Shown: piece by piece, positions 35,306 through 44,782 of the stretch
Layout of the letters: each line of letters starts with the position of its first letter
Numbering within the stretch: position 1 is the stretch's first letter
IMG/VR virus record: IMGVR_UViG_3300014962_000004
Coordinates: 1 to 64,000 of that record
Length of the DNA stretch: 64,000 nucleotides
Reading direction: 5' to 3' (one strand)
DNA from: a virus
Position numbers and translations under genes: made by a program
The notes under the pieces: model-generated
Told to the model about the DNA's origin: nothing
What the model saw: the letters and a program-made list of their open reading frames with translations, nothing else
The model's database searches: none

Positions 35306-36560
35306 TGTCGATGTATTCCTCTCGGATCCGGATCTCGGTGCGCTCGGTGAGGTGCCAGGCCAGCGTCCAGCTGCGGGTGTCGCAGCGGCGGCTGCCCATG
35401 ATGTCCAGTCCCATAGCGTTGTTGGCCCGCATCTCAGTGTTGCGCCACAGACCCAGCGCAAGGTCGACGGTCTGCTCGATCATCGAGCTATTGGCAAAGT
35501 TGTACAGCTCGCCACGACCGCCGCCCGCTGCGGCCTGCCGGTTGAGCTGGACGGCCAGCAGGCACGGCACCTTTCCGGCGGACTCGCGGGAGATCTCGTC
35601 CTTCAACTCGAAGATGATGTCGCCCTGCTTCATCCGCAGCGCGGAGTCGCCGTTGTAATCGCGTTCCGCGTCGATGAACGACAGCTGGTCGATGATGAGG
35701 AAGTCGGCACCGAGCTGGCGGGCGCGGGACACCATGTGCTTCACGGTGCGCTCGCCGCGCTGGGGGCGTTCGATCCAGCCGTCTCCGGCTTCGGCCATCG
35801 CGTCCTGCGCCTCACGCAGCTGGGCGGACTCGTGCACGTCCAGCTCGCGCTGGCTCAGACGCTGATACGACACTCCGGAGTAGATCGCGTCGATGCGATC
35901 CTCGATCTCGGGCACGCCCATTTCGAGAGTGAAGAACAGCGGGCGCAGGCCGTTACGGAGGGCGGCGACAAAGCTGTTGGCCAGCAGCCAGCTCTTGCCG
36001 GTCTTGGTGTAGGCGGCGGCAGCGGCCAGCTCGCCGGGCAGGATGCCACGAGTGTGCTGATCCAGTTCCAGCAGACCGATGTCCACCCCGGCGGTCTGCT
36101 GGTGCTGCAGATCCCGGTTGTAGCGTTCCCGCCGGGCGGCGACGGTCTCGGTGATGTTGACCCGGCTGTAACGGGGCACGTTGTGCTGGGCCGCGTCGTA
36201 TGCGTCGTGCCACATCTTTTCCAGGGCGGCGACCGGCTCGGCGGCGGTCAGCTTCATCACGTCCCGGACGATGGTCTGCACCCGGCGCGACGAATACCGG
36301 TTCTTCATCCACTCGACGAGCCAGTCGGTGGTTTCGTCGACCTCGGCGGGCAACGGCAGTTGCGGGTATTCGGCTTCCATCACCGCCAGGGTGGGGGCGG
36401 ACTGCATCTGCGCGTCGGTCCAGTAGTCGACCATGAACTGGAAGGCGAACCCGTTGACCGGATCCTCGAACACCTCACGGCGGATGCCCATCTCCCAGAT
36501 GCGGGCGATCTCCCGGCTGTCGGTCATCTTGGCCAGCAGCTTGCGCTCGTGACTAGACAA
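35298..36560 (-). CDS. dnaB: DnaB-like replicative helicase
   Basis: AYTKTGKS, FFTLEM, IIDQL, AVQLNR and IEQTVD motifs. Confidence 0.92.
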   Translation of the reverse strand: MSSHERKLLAKMTDSREIARIWEMGIRREVFEDPVNGFAFQFMVDYWTDAQMQSAPTLAVMEAEYPQLPLPAEVDETTDWLVEWMKNRYSSRRVQTIVRDVMKLTAAEPVAALEKMWHDAYDAAQHNVPRYSRVNITETVAARRERYNRDLQHQQTAGVDIGLLELDQHTRGILPGELAAAAAYTKTGKSWLLANSFVAALRNGLRPLFFTLEMGVPEIEDRIDAIYSGVSYQRLSQRELDVHESAQLREAQDAMAEAGDGWIERPQRGERTVKHMVSRARQLGADFLIIDQLSFIDAERDYNGDSALRMKQGDIIFELKDEISRESAGKVPCLLAVQLNRQAAAGGGRGELYNFANSSMIEQTVDLALGLWRNTEMRANNAMGLDIMGSRRCDTRSWTLAWHLTERTEIRIREEYIDNE

Positions 36561-37341
36561 TCGGTCGCACCTCCCCGTTGCGGATCTCGTCGATCTCCCG
36601 GCTGTTGGCGCTGGTGCGGAAATCGTTGCCGTCGAACCGGAGATCCAGACTCTTTTCCCGGATCAGGCTGAGGATGGCCGCACCGTATCCGTCCTCCAAG
36701 TCCTGGGGATCCATGTTGGTGGTGATGAACGTCGTGCGCCCGGCCTGCACGCGCTGCCGCAGGATCGCGTCAAACGTGGTCTCGGCCAACGCAATTCGAG
36801 TGCCGCGCAATTCCTTGCCGACATCGTCGAGCAGCAACGCCTGGGAGTTGATGAACTTCTGCTGGAAGTAGTTCTTGTCGGCCTTGTCCGACCATCCGGC
36901 GGTGAACATCTCCACGGTCTGGCTGAACGTGGTGGCCCAGCACGTCAACCCGTCCTTGACGAGTTCTTTGAGTACCAGGTTGGCCAGCATGGTCTTGCCG
37001 GTGCCGTAGGAGCCGGAAAAGTACATGCCGATACCGCGTTTAAGAAATTGCTCGCGCTTGTCGAGGTACTTGGTGACCCCGTCGAGGATAGGTGTGGGGC
37101 CGACGTAGTCGTCCCAGTCCAGGCGCTGATACGTCACGCCGATCCCGGCGGCGAGGTAATGCTTGTGCAGCTGCAGCTGATACTCGCAGTCGCAGACGTT
37201 GTCCTGGTTGCGCCAGAAATACGCGCCGGTCTTGTCACACGTCGGGCAATACTTCTGGTACGAGCGGCCCAGCTGGGGGTGATTACGGTACAGCCGGGCG
37301 GCTTCGTCGTCGGAGAGGTAGCGGGTGCGGATGTCACTCAT
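36553..37341 (-). CDS. DnaC/IstB-like helicase loader
   Basis: CPTC...CDC, GSYGTGKT, LLLDDVG and ITTN; start revised to MSDIRTR. Confidence 0.88.
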   Translation of the reverse strand: MSDIRTRYLSDDEAARLYRNHPQLGRSYQKYCPTCDKTGAYFWRNQDNVCDCEYQLQLHKHYLAAGIGVTYQRLDWDDYVGPTPILDGVTKYLDKREQFLKRGIGMYFSGSYGTGKTMLANLVLKELVKDGLTCWATTFSQTVEMFTAGWSDKADKNYFQQKFINSQALLLDDVGKELRGTRIALAETTFDAILRQRVQAGRTTFITTNMDPQDLEDGYGAAILSLIREKSLDLRFDGNDFRTSANSREIDEIRNGEVRPIV

Positions 37342-37582
37342 CGCGCTCCCACCGACTGATCCAGCGGTGCTCCACGACTTCGCCCTGGCGCGGGGTGACG
37401 GGTTCCTCGTCGGCAAACCACAGCGTCCTGCCGCCCTCGTCGTCGCCGACGGAAAACTCCTGGTGCAATCCCAGTTCGCGGATCACCGCGTCGGCCAGCC
37501 GGTCGAAGTTGACCAGATTATTTTGAGTTCTCAATCCTTCCCAGATTGCGGCGGCGATGCGGGTGCGGAGCGAGTCAGTCAT
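37334..37582 (-). CDS. Hypothetical protein (LRTRIAA/LADAVIREL family)
   Basis: Motif shared with neighbouring genes. Confidence 0.7.
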   Translation of the reverse strand: MTDSLRTRIAAAIWEGLRTQNNLVNFDRLADAVIRELGLHQEFSVGDDEGGRTLWFADEEPVTPRQGEVVEHRWISRWERDE

Positions 37583-37721
37583 TGTGACCCGCCAGGATTC
37601 GCCCCAGGACTCGTTCCGCGCTAGGTGTCATATCGCCGTTGAGTACGCAGTCCCGCGCCCATGCCAGCAGTCTCACTGTCGGTAGCTCCGTTTCCAGTTC
37701 GCGGATCACCGCGTCGGCCAG
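37471..37721 (+). repeat. 28-bp exact direct repeat in two adjacent genes
   Basis: CCAGTTCGCGGATCACCGCGTCGGCCAG at 37471-37498 and 37694-37721. Confidence 0.85.
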
Positions 37722-37814
37722 GTTTGCTGACCAACCCTCAACGTCATTGGTCGGATCGTTGCGGTATCGCTCTGACACCACGGCGGCAATACGGGTACGC
37801 AGGTGGTCAGTCAC
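37575..37814 (-). CDS. Hypothetical protein (LRTRIAA/LADAVIREL family)
   Basis: Motif shared with neighbouring genes. Confidence 0.7.
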   Translation of the reverse strand: MTDHLRTRIAAVVSERYRNDPTNDVEGWSANLADAVIRELETELPTVRLLAWARDCVLNGDMTPSAERVLGRILAGHND

Positions 37815-37893
37815 GAAACGTCACCACCCACCACATCAACGCGACGTTAAGGCCAAGGACTACAGCCACAAGCGCGTTCATCAAGTTACTCAT
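37807..37893 (-). CDS. 28-aa membrane peptide
   Basis: MSNLMNALVAVVLGLNVALMWWVVTFRD; overlaps both neighbours. Confidence 0.5.
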   Translation of the reverse strand: MSNLMNALVAVVLGLNVALMWWVVTFRD

Positions 37894-38188
37894 CAGCAGC
37901 CCAATTCCTGGCCTGGCAGTCACACCGGGCTTGCAGTTCTGGTATGTCGCGCATCAGCATGTCGGCCAGGTCGTAGCGGTGGCTGTGATCGACGTAGCCC
38001 GATAGCACGGCGGCGATACGGGTACGGAGGTCTGCGGATTGACCGGCAGGATCGCTGCTGATCGACCGCTCCAGCGCCGCCACCCGGTCAGCCAGATCGC
38101 GCACGTCTGCGTCGGTGGCATCCATGCTGGCGGTGATGTTGCGGGTGACAAAATCCAACCGATCCCACCACTTCTGCTTCTTACCCAC
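37886..38188 (-). CDS. Hypothetical protein (internal LRTRIAA module)
   Basis: LRTRIAAVL...LADMLMRDI. Confidence 0.7.
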   Translation of the reverse strand: MGKKQKWWDRLDFVTRNITASMDATDADVRDLADRVAALERSISSDPAGQSADLRTRIAAVLSGYVDHSHRYDLADMLMRDIPELQARCDCQARNWAADE

Positions 38189-38309
38189 CGTCGTACTCCC
38201 AGGTGATCCGCAGCTCCCGCTCCCCGATGCCGATGGTGATGAACTGGTCGTTTTCGCGCAGCTCCTCGACGATGGCGCGCACCAGGCGCGCGGTCAGGTC
38301 GTTGCTCAC
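38181..38309 (-). CDS. 42-aa hypothetical protein
   Basis: GTGA coupling to the upstream gene. Confidence 0.5.
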   Translation of the reverse strand: MSNDLTARLVRAIVEELRENDQFITIGIGERELRITWEYDGG

Positions 38310-38692
38310 AGGTCGAGCAGACTGACGGTGCCCAGGCCGGATCCGGTGGCGGTGCGGGCGGATTCGCGGCGCAGCTCGTCCTGCAGCTCGGTGTACATCT
38401 TGTCGACCCACCACTTGCGGCCTTTGGCGAATGACTGGTAGCGCACCGGCTCGCCGTCCCAGCGGCCCTTGTGCTTGTAGAACACCCACTTGACGATCAG
38501 CCCCGCGTCGCGCTTGCCGTAGAGGCGCTGCATGCCTTTGAACACCGAGCGTTCCGGCAACCCCTCGACGGGCAGGTTTAACCCGAACGCTTCCTGGTAA
38601 CTCTTGATGTATGACACCAGCTGATCGGGAGTCATGTCCTCGCACCGGATGCCCATGTCTTCTTCGAGGGGGTCTGTATCGCTGAAACTCAA
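38306..38692 (-). CDS. Hypothetical protein
   Basis: ORF upstream of the replication genes. Confidence 0.7.
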   Translation of the reverse strand: MSFSDTDPLEEDMGIRCEDMTPDQLVSYIKSYQEAFGLNLPVEGLPERSVFKGMQRLYGKRDAGLIVKWVFYKHKGRWDGEPVRYQSFAKGRKWWVDKMYTELQDELRRESARTATGSGLGTVSLLDL

Positions 38693-38760
38693 GTCGCTCC
38701 AACCTCTTTCGACATATCGTGATCCTGCAGAACCACTATAACCGATGGCGGCGACAATCG

Positions 38761-39174
38761 TCAGCTATACGCGGATGTGTCTCGCCGTTTTCGGTTAGTC
38801 AGCACGTTCTCGCATTGCGACCGCAGCGCGTGTGAATAGCTACGGATCTTGGAACGATGCTCGTGTTCGAGGTCTTCCAGGCGACGACCGGTCTCTTCGA
38901 TTTTGGCGACCGGCCAGAAGATGAGAACGCTGTGCGGCTCGTCGGCGGCGTGGGCCGGGGTTGTCGACATCTGTAGGCATTTGTCGTCGAATCCGGTGAT
39001 GTAGCCAACCGTGCACTGGCCGTCGGTCTCTTTGATGCGGAACTCGACCTCGCGATAGATCCGGCGCACCAGATACCGCTGCATGATCTGATCACTGCTT
39101 AGGCCGATGTCGATATTGCCGGGTTGGCTCACGTCGTCGTCCTCTGTCCACTGTGGCACTACAAACACTGTCAT
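38761..39174 (-). CDS. Hypothetical protein
   Basis: SD GGGGAG. Confidence 0.7.
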   Translation of the reverse strand: MTVFVVPQWTEDDDVSQPGNIDIGLSSDQIMQRYLVRRIYREVEFRIKETDGQCTVGYITGFDDKCLQMSTTPAHAADEPHSVLIFWPVAKIEETGRRLEDLEHEHRSKIRSYSHALRSQCENVLTNRKRRDTSAYS

Positions 39175-39207
39175 AGCTTCTGGACGCTCCCCCTCGGATT
39201 GACCTGG

Positions 39208-40344
39208 TTAGCCATCCCCCCAGGACAGCAGGGTGTCGGCCATCAAGTCGACCCCGCGTGTCACCTCGTGCGGAGACGACACCAGCACCGGGGCCAGCCG
39301 GACGGTGTCACCGAACGCCGGTTCCACGTGCAAGCCGTGGTGCCGGGCGGCAATCGGGAAGGCGGCGGCGCGCTGTTCGTCGGCAAACTGCAGGCCGCGC
39401 AGCAGGCCGGTGCCGTGATGGCCAACCAGCAAGCCGGGGAACTGCCCGACCAGCCCGTCCAAGCCGTCGGCCAGGGTGCGCGTCAGATCCTTGACGTGCT
39501 CGATCACGCCGGGGTGGGTGCGGGTGAACAAGGCGTGCCCCATCGCGCAGGCCCACGGGTGGCCGGAATGCGGGCTGGGGGCGTGCAGGTTGTCAAACCA
39601 GTCCGGAGGGGCCACCACCGCGCCCAGCGGCAGACCGCCGCCCAGCGGCCCGCCCAGGACGGTCAGATCGGCCATCAGCCCCAGGTGCTCCTGCCCCCAC
39701 AGGTGGCCGGTGCGCCCGAAGCCGGTACCGGACTCGTCGACGATCACCGGCACGCTTTCGGTGCGGGCGCGCAGCATCCACTCCCGCGCGCCGGGCACCG
39801 GGGATCCGGTGACGGTGGTGGGAGCCAGCAGCAGCGCCCCGTACTGGGTCCAGTCCACGCCGGACCAGTCGGTGGAGAACAGCACCGGCATGCCCAGCCA
39901 GTTGTGCCAGCCGGTGTTGAGCACGGCGACCGGTTTGTCGGCGGCAGCCAGCCGGATGGCGGTGTGCACGGCCTCCCGCTGCCCCTCGCAGAACAGCACC
40001 TTGCGCGGGGGTTCGTCGGGCCGGGTGAACGCCGCCGACAAATCCTGGGCGTACTCGACCGGCCAGCGCAGCGCATGCTGGCCCTGCACGCCGGTATAGC
40101 CGTAATACTTCAGGTGGTCGGTCAGTGCATCATGCAACGACAGCATCCGGTGCCCCAGCGGGTTGAGATGCGCGGCGAAGTCGATCATCTCGTTGCGGTA
40201 GTCGTCCCACAGATAGAGCAGATCGGCTTTGGCGACCGGCAGCGGATCCGGCGTTGCCGCCGCCAGGTACGTGGCATGGCCGTCCAGTCGGGGCCGGACC
40301 GCCTCGTCGATCAACGCGACAAACGCGTCCTGCGGATTACCCAC
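39208..40344 (-). CDS. Class-III PLP aminotransferase-like protein lacking the catalytic lysine
   Basis: YLWDDYRNEMIDF, LGH, VIVDESGTGFGRTG, LGGGLPLGAV, HGTGLLRGLQF and TVRLAP; the Lys position is Gly. Confidence 0.82.
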   Translation of the reverse strand: MGNPQDAFVALIDEAVRPRLDGHATYLAAATPDPLPVAKADLLYLWDDYRNEMIDFAAHLNPLGHRMLSLHDALTDHLKYYGYTGVQGQHALRWPVEYAQDLSAAFTRPDEPPRKVLFCEGQREAVHTAIRLAAADKPVAVLNTGWHNWLGMPVLFSTDWSGVDWTQYGALLLAPTTVTGSPVPGAREWMLRARTESVPVIVDESGTGFGRTGHLWGQEHLGLMADLTVLGGPLGGGLPLGAVVAPPDWFDNLHAPSPHSGHPWACAMGHALFTRTHPGVIEHVKDLTRTLADGLDGLVGQFPGLLVGHHGTGLLRGLQFADEQRAAAFPIAARHHGLHVEPAFGDTVRLAPVLVSSPHEVTRGVDLMADTLLSWGDG

Positions 40345-40345
40345 C

Positions 40346-40939
40346 TCAGTCGGCGTGCCGCAGCTTCACGTCGGGGTGCGGGTTCCACTCCCCGTCCTTG
40401 GCGTTCCACACGGTCTGATCCGGACGCATCCAACGCCACCGGTTGCGGCCCAGGTGTGCGTGGTGCCAGCCCTCCCGTTCGCGCCATTCCACGCCCATCT
40501 CGGCGTAGCGGATCCGGCGCATGATCGTCTTGAGCTGGTCCGCGTCGAGGTTGCCGCGCCGGTAAGACGACTTCATGATTTCCTTGAGCAGCGGCACGGT
40601 GAACCTGCGCCTGCCCTTGACCGGGTGGCCGATGCGGTCCGGGTCGATAGGGGTGCCGTCGGCGTAAGTGAACACACCCTCCCGCAGCCCCCAGTACAGC
40701 CACTGGTTCGACCGGTCGAAGAATTCCGCCGCCTCGCTGGTGGAAAAAATCGGCTCCACCCCGGCCTCGGTCATCAGCTCTTCGTCGCTCATCTGATCCG
40801 GCAATCGCATGCTCTTGCGCTTGCGGCTGCCGGGCTTGGGTGGGTCGACGTGGATAGGCTGATCGCCCCGGTCGGAAAACGCGGGGCGATCAGCGGAGTG
40901 ATCCACGACTTCGACGATGGTGTCGCTGTCGTTGTTCAC
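40346..40939 (-). CDS. MerR-like HTH DNA-binding protein
   Basis: FSTSEAAEFFDRSNQWLYW...GRRRFT. Confidence 0.65.
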   Translation of the reverse strand: MNNDSDTIVEVVDHSADRPAFSDRGDQPIHVDPPKPGSRKRKSMRLPDQMSDEELMTEAGVEPIFSTSEAAEFFDRSNQWLYWGLREGVFTYADGTPIDPDRIGHPVKGRRRFTVPLLKEIMKSSYRRGNLDADQLKTIMRRIRYAEMGVEWREREGWHHAHLGRNRWRWMRPDQTVWNAKDGEWNPHPDVKLRHAD

Positions 40940-40946
40940 AGATACC

Positions 40947-41666
40947 TCATTCCTGGTTGGGTGCGAGATCCCGCACCATGAGACGAGCGGACTTCCACTC
41001 GCCGGGCACGACCGCGTCGCGCATCTGCTCCATCAGAGCGGGATTGGCCACCACGGCGGCGGACAGGGCGGAGTCGTTCACCTCGTAGGTCACCTTGACC
41101 GTGGTGATCTGAGCAAACAGGTCATCGCCCAGGACGGCACGCAGCTTGTCCATGTCGAACTCGGCAGGCTTGCGGCCCGCGCCCTCGCGGCAGAAACGCT
41201 TGCCCAGCTCGGGAACGTCGACCTCCATGTTGGTGTGCTCGGGGAATTCCTCGCCCATCTCGGCGGCGGCGAGATCCATGTGGCGGAACACCAGGGTGCG
41301 AACCATGTCCTGGATCGCGGCCTGCGACTCGGCGACGATCTTGCCGTCCAGGTAGGACCGCATCAGCTCGAACGCGTCGTCGTCGGTGAGACCGCGCTCC
41401 ATCAGCTCGTCGGACTTGGCGGCGATCTTCTTGCCCAACGGCAGCAGGGTGGACATTGCGTCGCTGACGCGGGCCAGCTCGATCTTGTTGTTCTCGGCCA
41501 GCGCCTTTTGGTGCGCGGCCTTGCGGACGGCGGCGTTGTTGCCCTTCTTCTCGATGGCCGACGCGGTGTCGACCTCAGCGAGGATGTCCTTGACCAAGCT
41601 GTTCTTGGTCTGCTTCTTCAGCTCGGCGGCGAGCTTGGTGGTGGCGAGGCTCTGGGACTTTGCCAT
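40947..41666 (-). CDS. Hypothetical protein
   Basis: Start revised to MAKSQ after CAGGTG. Confidence 0.75.
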   Translation of the reverse strand: MAKSQSLATTKLAAELKKQTKNSLVKDILAEVDTASAIEKKGNNAAVRKAAHQKALAENNKIELARVSDAMSTLLPLGKKIAAKSDELMERGLTDDDAFELMRSYLDGKIVAESQAAIQDMVRTLVFRHMDLAAAEMGEEFPEHTNMEVDVPELGKRFCREGAGRKPAEFDMDKLRAVLGDDLFAQITTVKVTYEVNDSALSAAVVANPALMEQMRDAVVPGEWKSARLMVRDLAPNQE

Positions 41667-41706
41667 GGGGATCACCTGTTCTTTCATCTCAGTGGGTGGT
41701 AACACC

Positions 41707-41735
41707 AGGTTAGGCTATAGCCCGGACAAAGTCAA
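41707..41735 (-). promoter_or_regulatory. SigA-like promoter
   Basis: TTGACT-17 (containing CTATAG)-TAACCT, followed by an ACCACCCAC leader. Confidence 0.65.
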
Positions 41736-41736
41736 A

Positions 41737-42120
41737 CTACCCTGTTTCCGCTGCTCCGGCGGTGTCGTCGACCTCCGCAAGCTGCTGCAGCTCCACTATT
41801 TTCATGGCGGTGGCCTGTTCTACCATGCGGCGCTCCCATGGCGACATGCATTCCCACACTGTATCCCCGTTAAACCAGTGCTGCACGATCACCAGCAGCA
41901 TTTGGCCCAACCATTCCGTCGACAGATACCCGAAAGTTTGCTCGGCAACCTCAAAAGCCTGCAGTAAGCTATCCCGAACAGTTAGCTGTGGCTCGTCTTC
42001 GACCATCTTTTCCGCCGCATCCACCCAAAACACCAGGAAATCGCGGAATTTCTGGGAATCCTCGTCGGCATTAAACTCCGTCAGCTGCTGATTCCACTGC
42101 TCTTCGTCTCTGACATGCAT
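41737..42120 (-). CDS. Hypothetical acidic protein
   Basis: SD GAGAGG before MHVRD. Confidence 0.7.
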   Translation of the reverse strand: MHVRDEEQWNQQLTEFNADEDSQKFRDFLVFWVDAAEKMVEDEPQLTVRDSLLQAFEVAEQTFGYLSTEWLGQMLLVIVQHWFNGDTVWECMSPWERRMVEQATAMKIVELQQLAEVDDTAGAAETG

Positions 42121-42616
42121 ATGTTTAACCTCTCTGAGCTGCGGATACACGGGTGAGCAAAGCTATGAAGACCTCCCAGGCCCCCGACCTCCCATTGTGC
42201 CGCCCACGGTTCGTCTCCACCACCTCTGGCCCTCTGACCTTTTCTGGCCAAAGGGCTTCAGATCCGACCGTCACTACGTTTGCAACCGCAGATCCGGCAG
42301 CCCGCCTGTCCGAGCCTTTTAAGGAATGAGCACGACGGCGAGGACGTATTAGGTGCCAGGCCGCAGCAGGAGACGGTTGGTATTGGTAACCCGGCGGACT
42401 CGTCCGTATAACGCCGGGGGCGGTTTATCCTCCCGCTTGTCAGGGAGCCGCTTGTCCCGAAAGTCCCATATCTGGTATTTTGGAACATGGCTCCAGTTGA
42501 TACGAAGGCCCCCTAGCCTGCCAGGGCGATGATGGGGGCCTTCGTCATTCTTACACCGATGTGATTCGAGTCGCAACACCCTGACCGGCGGGTCCATCCT
42601 GTAGTATCGACACATC

Positions 42617-44479
42617 ATGCCGTTACCCACCCTCGACGACGTGGAAAAGCGGGTCACCGACCTACTCGATTCCGCCGTGCCCCCGTCCCGGATCATTCTT
42701 GTCGAGGAACACCCCGAGTACCGGGGTTACCTGCAGTTCGAGCCGCTCGACGAGACCGCCAGGGGGATGTTCTACGGCGAGTACCGGGACTGGATGAGCC
42801 GCCACCTGATCCTCAACGAGCTGCACCTGGCCCGCCGGTTCACCACCCAGCTGGAACGCGACGGGTATTACCCGCTGTGGACCCCCAGCACCGCGCCGAT
42901 CCAGGCCGACATCGACCGGTGGAGCGCCCCGCTGGCCATCGAGGGCTACGAATTCCGGCCCTTCCAGGCGTTCTCCCTCAACCGCGCGTTGGAGCGGGCC
43001 ATGGTCGGCGAGAACGCCTCCGAGCGGTTCTGGTTTTGGAACTGGTCGGCGGGCGCGGGCAAGAGTTTCTGCTCCGGCGCTGCCGCCAAGGCGTTGTTCC
43101 AGTCCGGCGACATCGACATCGTCATTGCCTGCACCCTGTCGAAGCTGAAAGAGAATTTGCGCCGGACGTTCGAGCACCCCGCCGGGCTGGACGCGGTCGT
43201 CAACGACGGCACCAAGGACAAGCGCCGCCGGGGCTACCAGGCCGAGCATCAGGTCTATGTCATGAACTACGAAAAGCTTTGGGTCGACGAGACCGAGGTG
43301 GCCGAGCTGACCTTCGGCAAGCGGGTGCTGTGGGTGCTCGACGAGGGCCACAAGCTCATCACCGACAACGGCCAGAACAAGGCCCGCCAGGCCCTCGACC
43401 GGCTCACCGACGCGTGCACGGCCATCGTATGGCCGATGAGCGCCACCGTGGTCGGCGGCAACCCGCTGAGGTTCAGGGATGTGTTCAGCCTCGACGGCAG
43501 GCCGACCGCCAACCCGCTGTCGACCAAAACCGATTTCATCCGGCGCTACGCCAGCCGGGTCAACAACGTCCCGGTGAAAACCAAGAGCGGGCGGGCGTTT
43601 GCGTTCACGACCTACGACTGGAACCTCACCGCCTTGCAGGAGGTGCGGCATCGAGTCGGCGACCGCACCATGGCGGTGCGCAAGACGGATCCCGGCGTGC
43701 GCGAGCAGTTCAAGGGCATCGAGACCCTGCCGGTTCAGGTGCAGGCCACCCCGGCCACCCGCGAGTTGCTGGATCTGATCACCAGCAAGGCCCGCGCCGC
43801 CCAGCAGCGCGGTGAGGGGCTGGCTCCGCACTACCTGATGGCCCGGCTTGCGTGCATCAATCCCGAGGCGCTGCGGCACAGCAGTTCGCCGGAAGCCGCC
43901 GAGATTTTGGATGAGCGCCCCGATCTGCTCGATGCGGCGCACAGCGCCAAGATCGAAGTGCTCAACGGTCTGCTCGACGAGATCCGCGAGGCTCAGGACA
44001 AAGCCGTGGTGTTCTGCCACTGGACCGAACTGGGCCTGCTTCGGCTCGCGCCGCACCTCACCGTGCCGCACGTCCTGCACTACGGCACCGGCCAGTCGGC
44101 GGCGGAATCCCAGCGCGCCCAGGATCGGTTCAAGGCGGATCCGGACATCACCGCGTTCTGCAGCTCCGATGCCGGGACGCACGGGCTGAATCTGCAGGAG
44201 GCCCGCTACGTCATCAACGTGGACCCCACCTACTCCTACGACGACCTGGCTCAGCGCAACGCCCGCATCGACCGCGCCGACAGCCACCTCGACGGGTTGA
44301 CCGCCTACGTGCTGATCACCGAGGACTCGGTGGAGGAGCGGGTGTGGGAGACCTGCGAGTCGCGCCGTCGGCTGGCTGCGGCGGTCCAGGGCACTCAGGA
44401 GGAGTTGAGCTACGGCGACGAGCGGTCGTCGCGGGACGAGAACAAGAACTTGGAGTGGCTGCTTTTCGGCGAGAGCTAG
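42617..44479 (+). CDS. SNF2-like (SF2) helicase
   Basis: AGAGKS, MNYE, VLDEGH, MSAT, SAKIE, GTHGLNLQ and QRNARIDR motifs. Confidence 0.88.
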   Translation: MPLPTLDDVEKRVTDLLDSAVPPSRIILVEEHPEYRGYLQFEPLDETARGMFYGEYRDWMSRHLILNELHLARRFTTQLERDGYYPLWTPSTAPIQADIDRWSAPLAIEGYEFRPFQAFSLNRALERAMVGENASERFWFWNWSAGAGKSFCSGAAAKALFQSGDIDIVIACTLSKLKENLRRTFEHPAGLDAVVNDGTKDKRRRGYQAEHQVYVMNYEKLWVDETEVAELTFGKRVLWVLDEGHKLITDNGQNKARQALDRLTDACTAIVWPMSATVVGGNPLRFRDVFSLDGRPTANPLSTKTDFIRRYASRVNNVPVKTKSGRAFAFTTYDWNLTALQEVRHRVGDRTMAVRKTDPGVREQFKGIETLPVQVQATPATRELLDLITSKARAAQQRGEGLAPHYLMARLACINPEALRHSSSPEAAEILDERPDLLDAAHSAKIEVLNGLLDEIREAQDKAVVFCHWTELGLLRLAPHLTVPHVLHYGTGQSAAESQRAQDRFKADPDITAFCSSDAGTHGLNLQEARYVINVDPTYSYDDLAQRNARIDRADSHLDGLTAYVLITEDSVEERVWETCESRRRLAAAVQGTQEELSYGDERSSRDENKNLEWLLFGES

Positions 44480-44772
44480 TTGTCTTCGTCGTCTTTTTTC
44501 GGCTTGTCGAACAGCGATTTGGGGAGCGGATAGTCCTCAGTGCGGGCATCCCAGACGATTCGCTCGGTGAGGTCGGCGAACCGGCCCGTGATGCCGTCAT
44601 CGTCGGATTCCTCTTCGTCCTCGTCCTCGCCGCACGTGCACTCGTAGACGTACTCCACGTCCTCGTCGCGGTTGGCGATCATCGCCTGAACCACGTCGGA
44701 AACCGTTGCCTCGTAATGGTTTTCGATCCGCAGCACTTCGCGCCCGAAAACTTTGAACACCTTGATCCGCAT
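44476..44772 (-). CDS. Hypothetical acidic protein
   Basis: SD GAGG; convergent with the helicase. Confidence 0.7.
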   Translation of the reverse strand: MRIKVFKVFGREVLRIENHYEATVSDVVQAMIANRDEDVEYVYECTCGEDEDEEESDDDGITGRFADLTERIVWDARTEDYPLPKSLFDKPKKDDEDN

Positions 44773-44782
44773 GTGATTCCTC

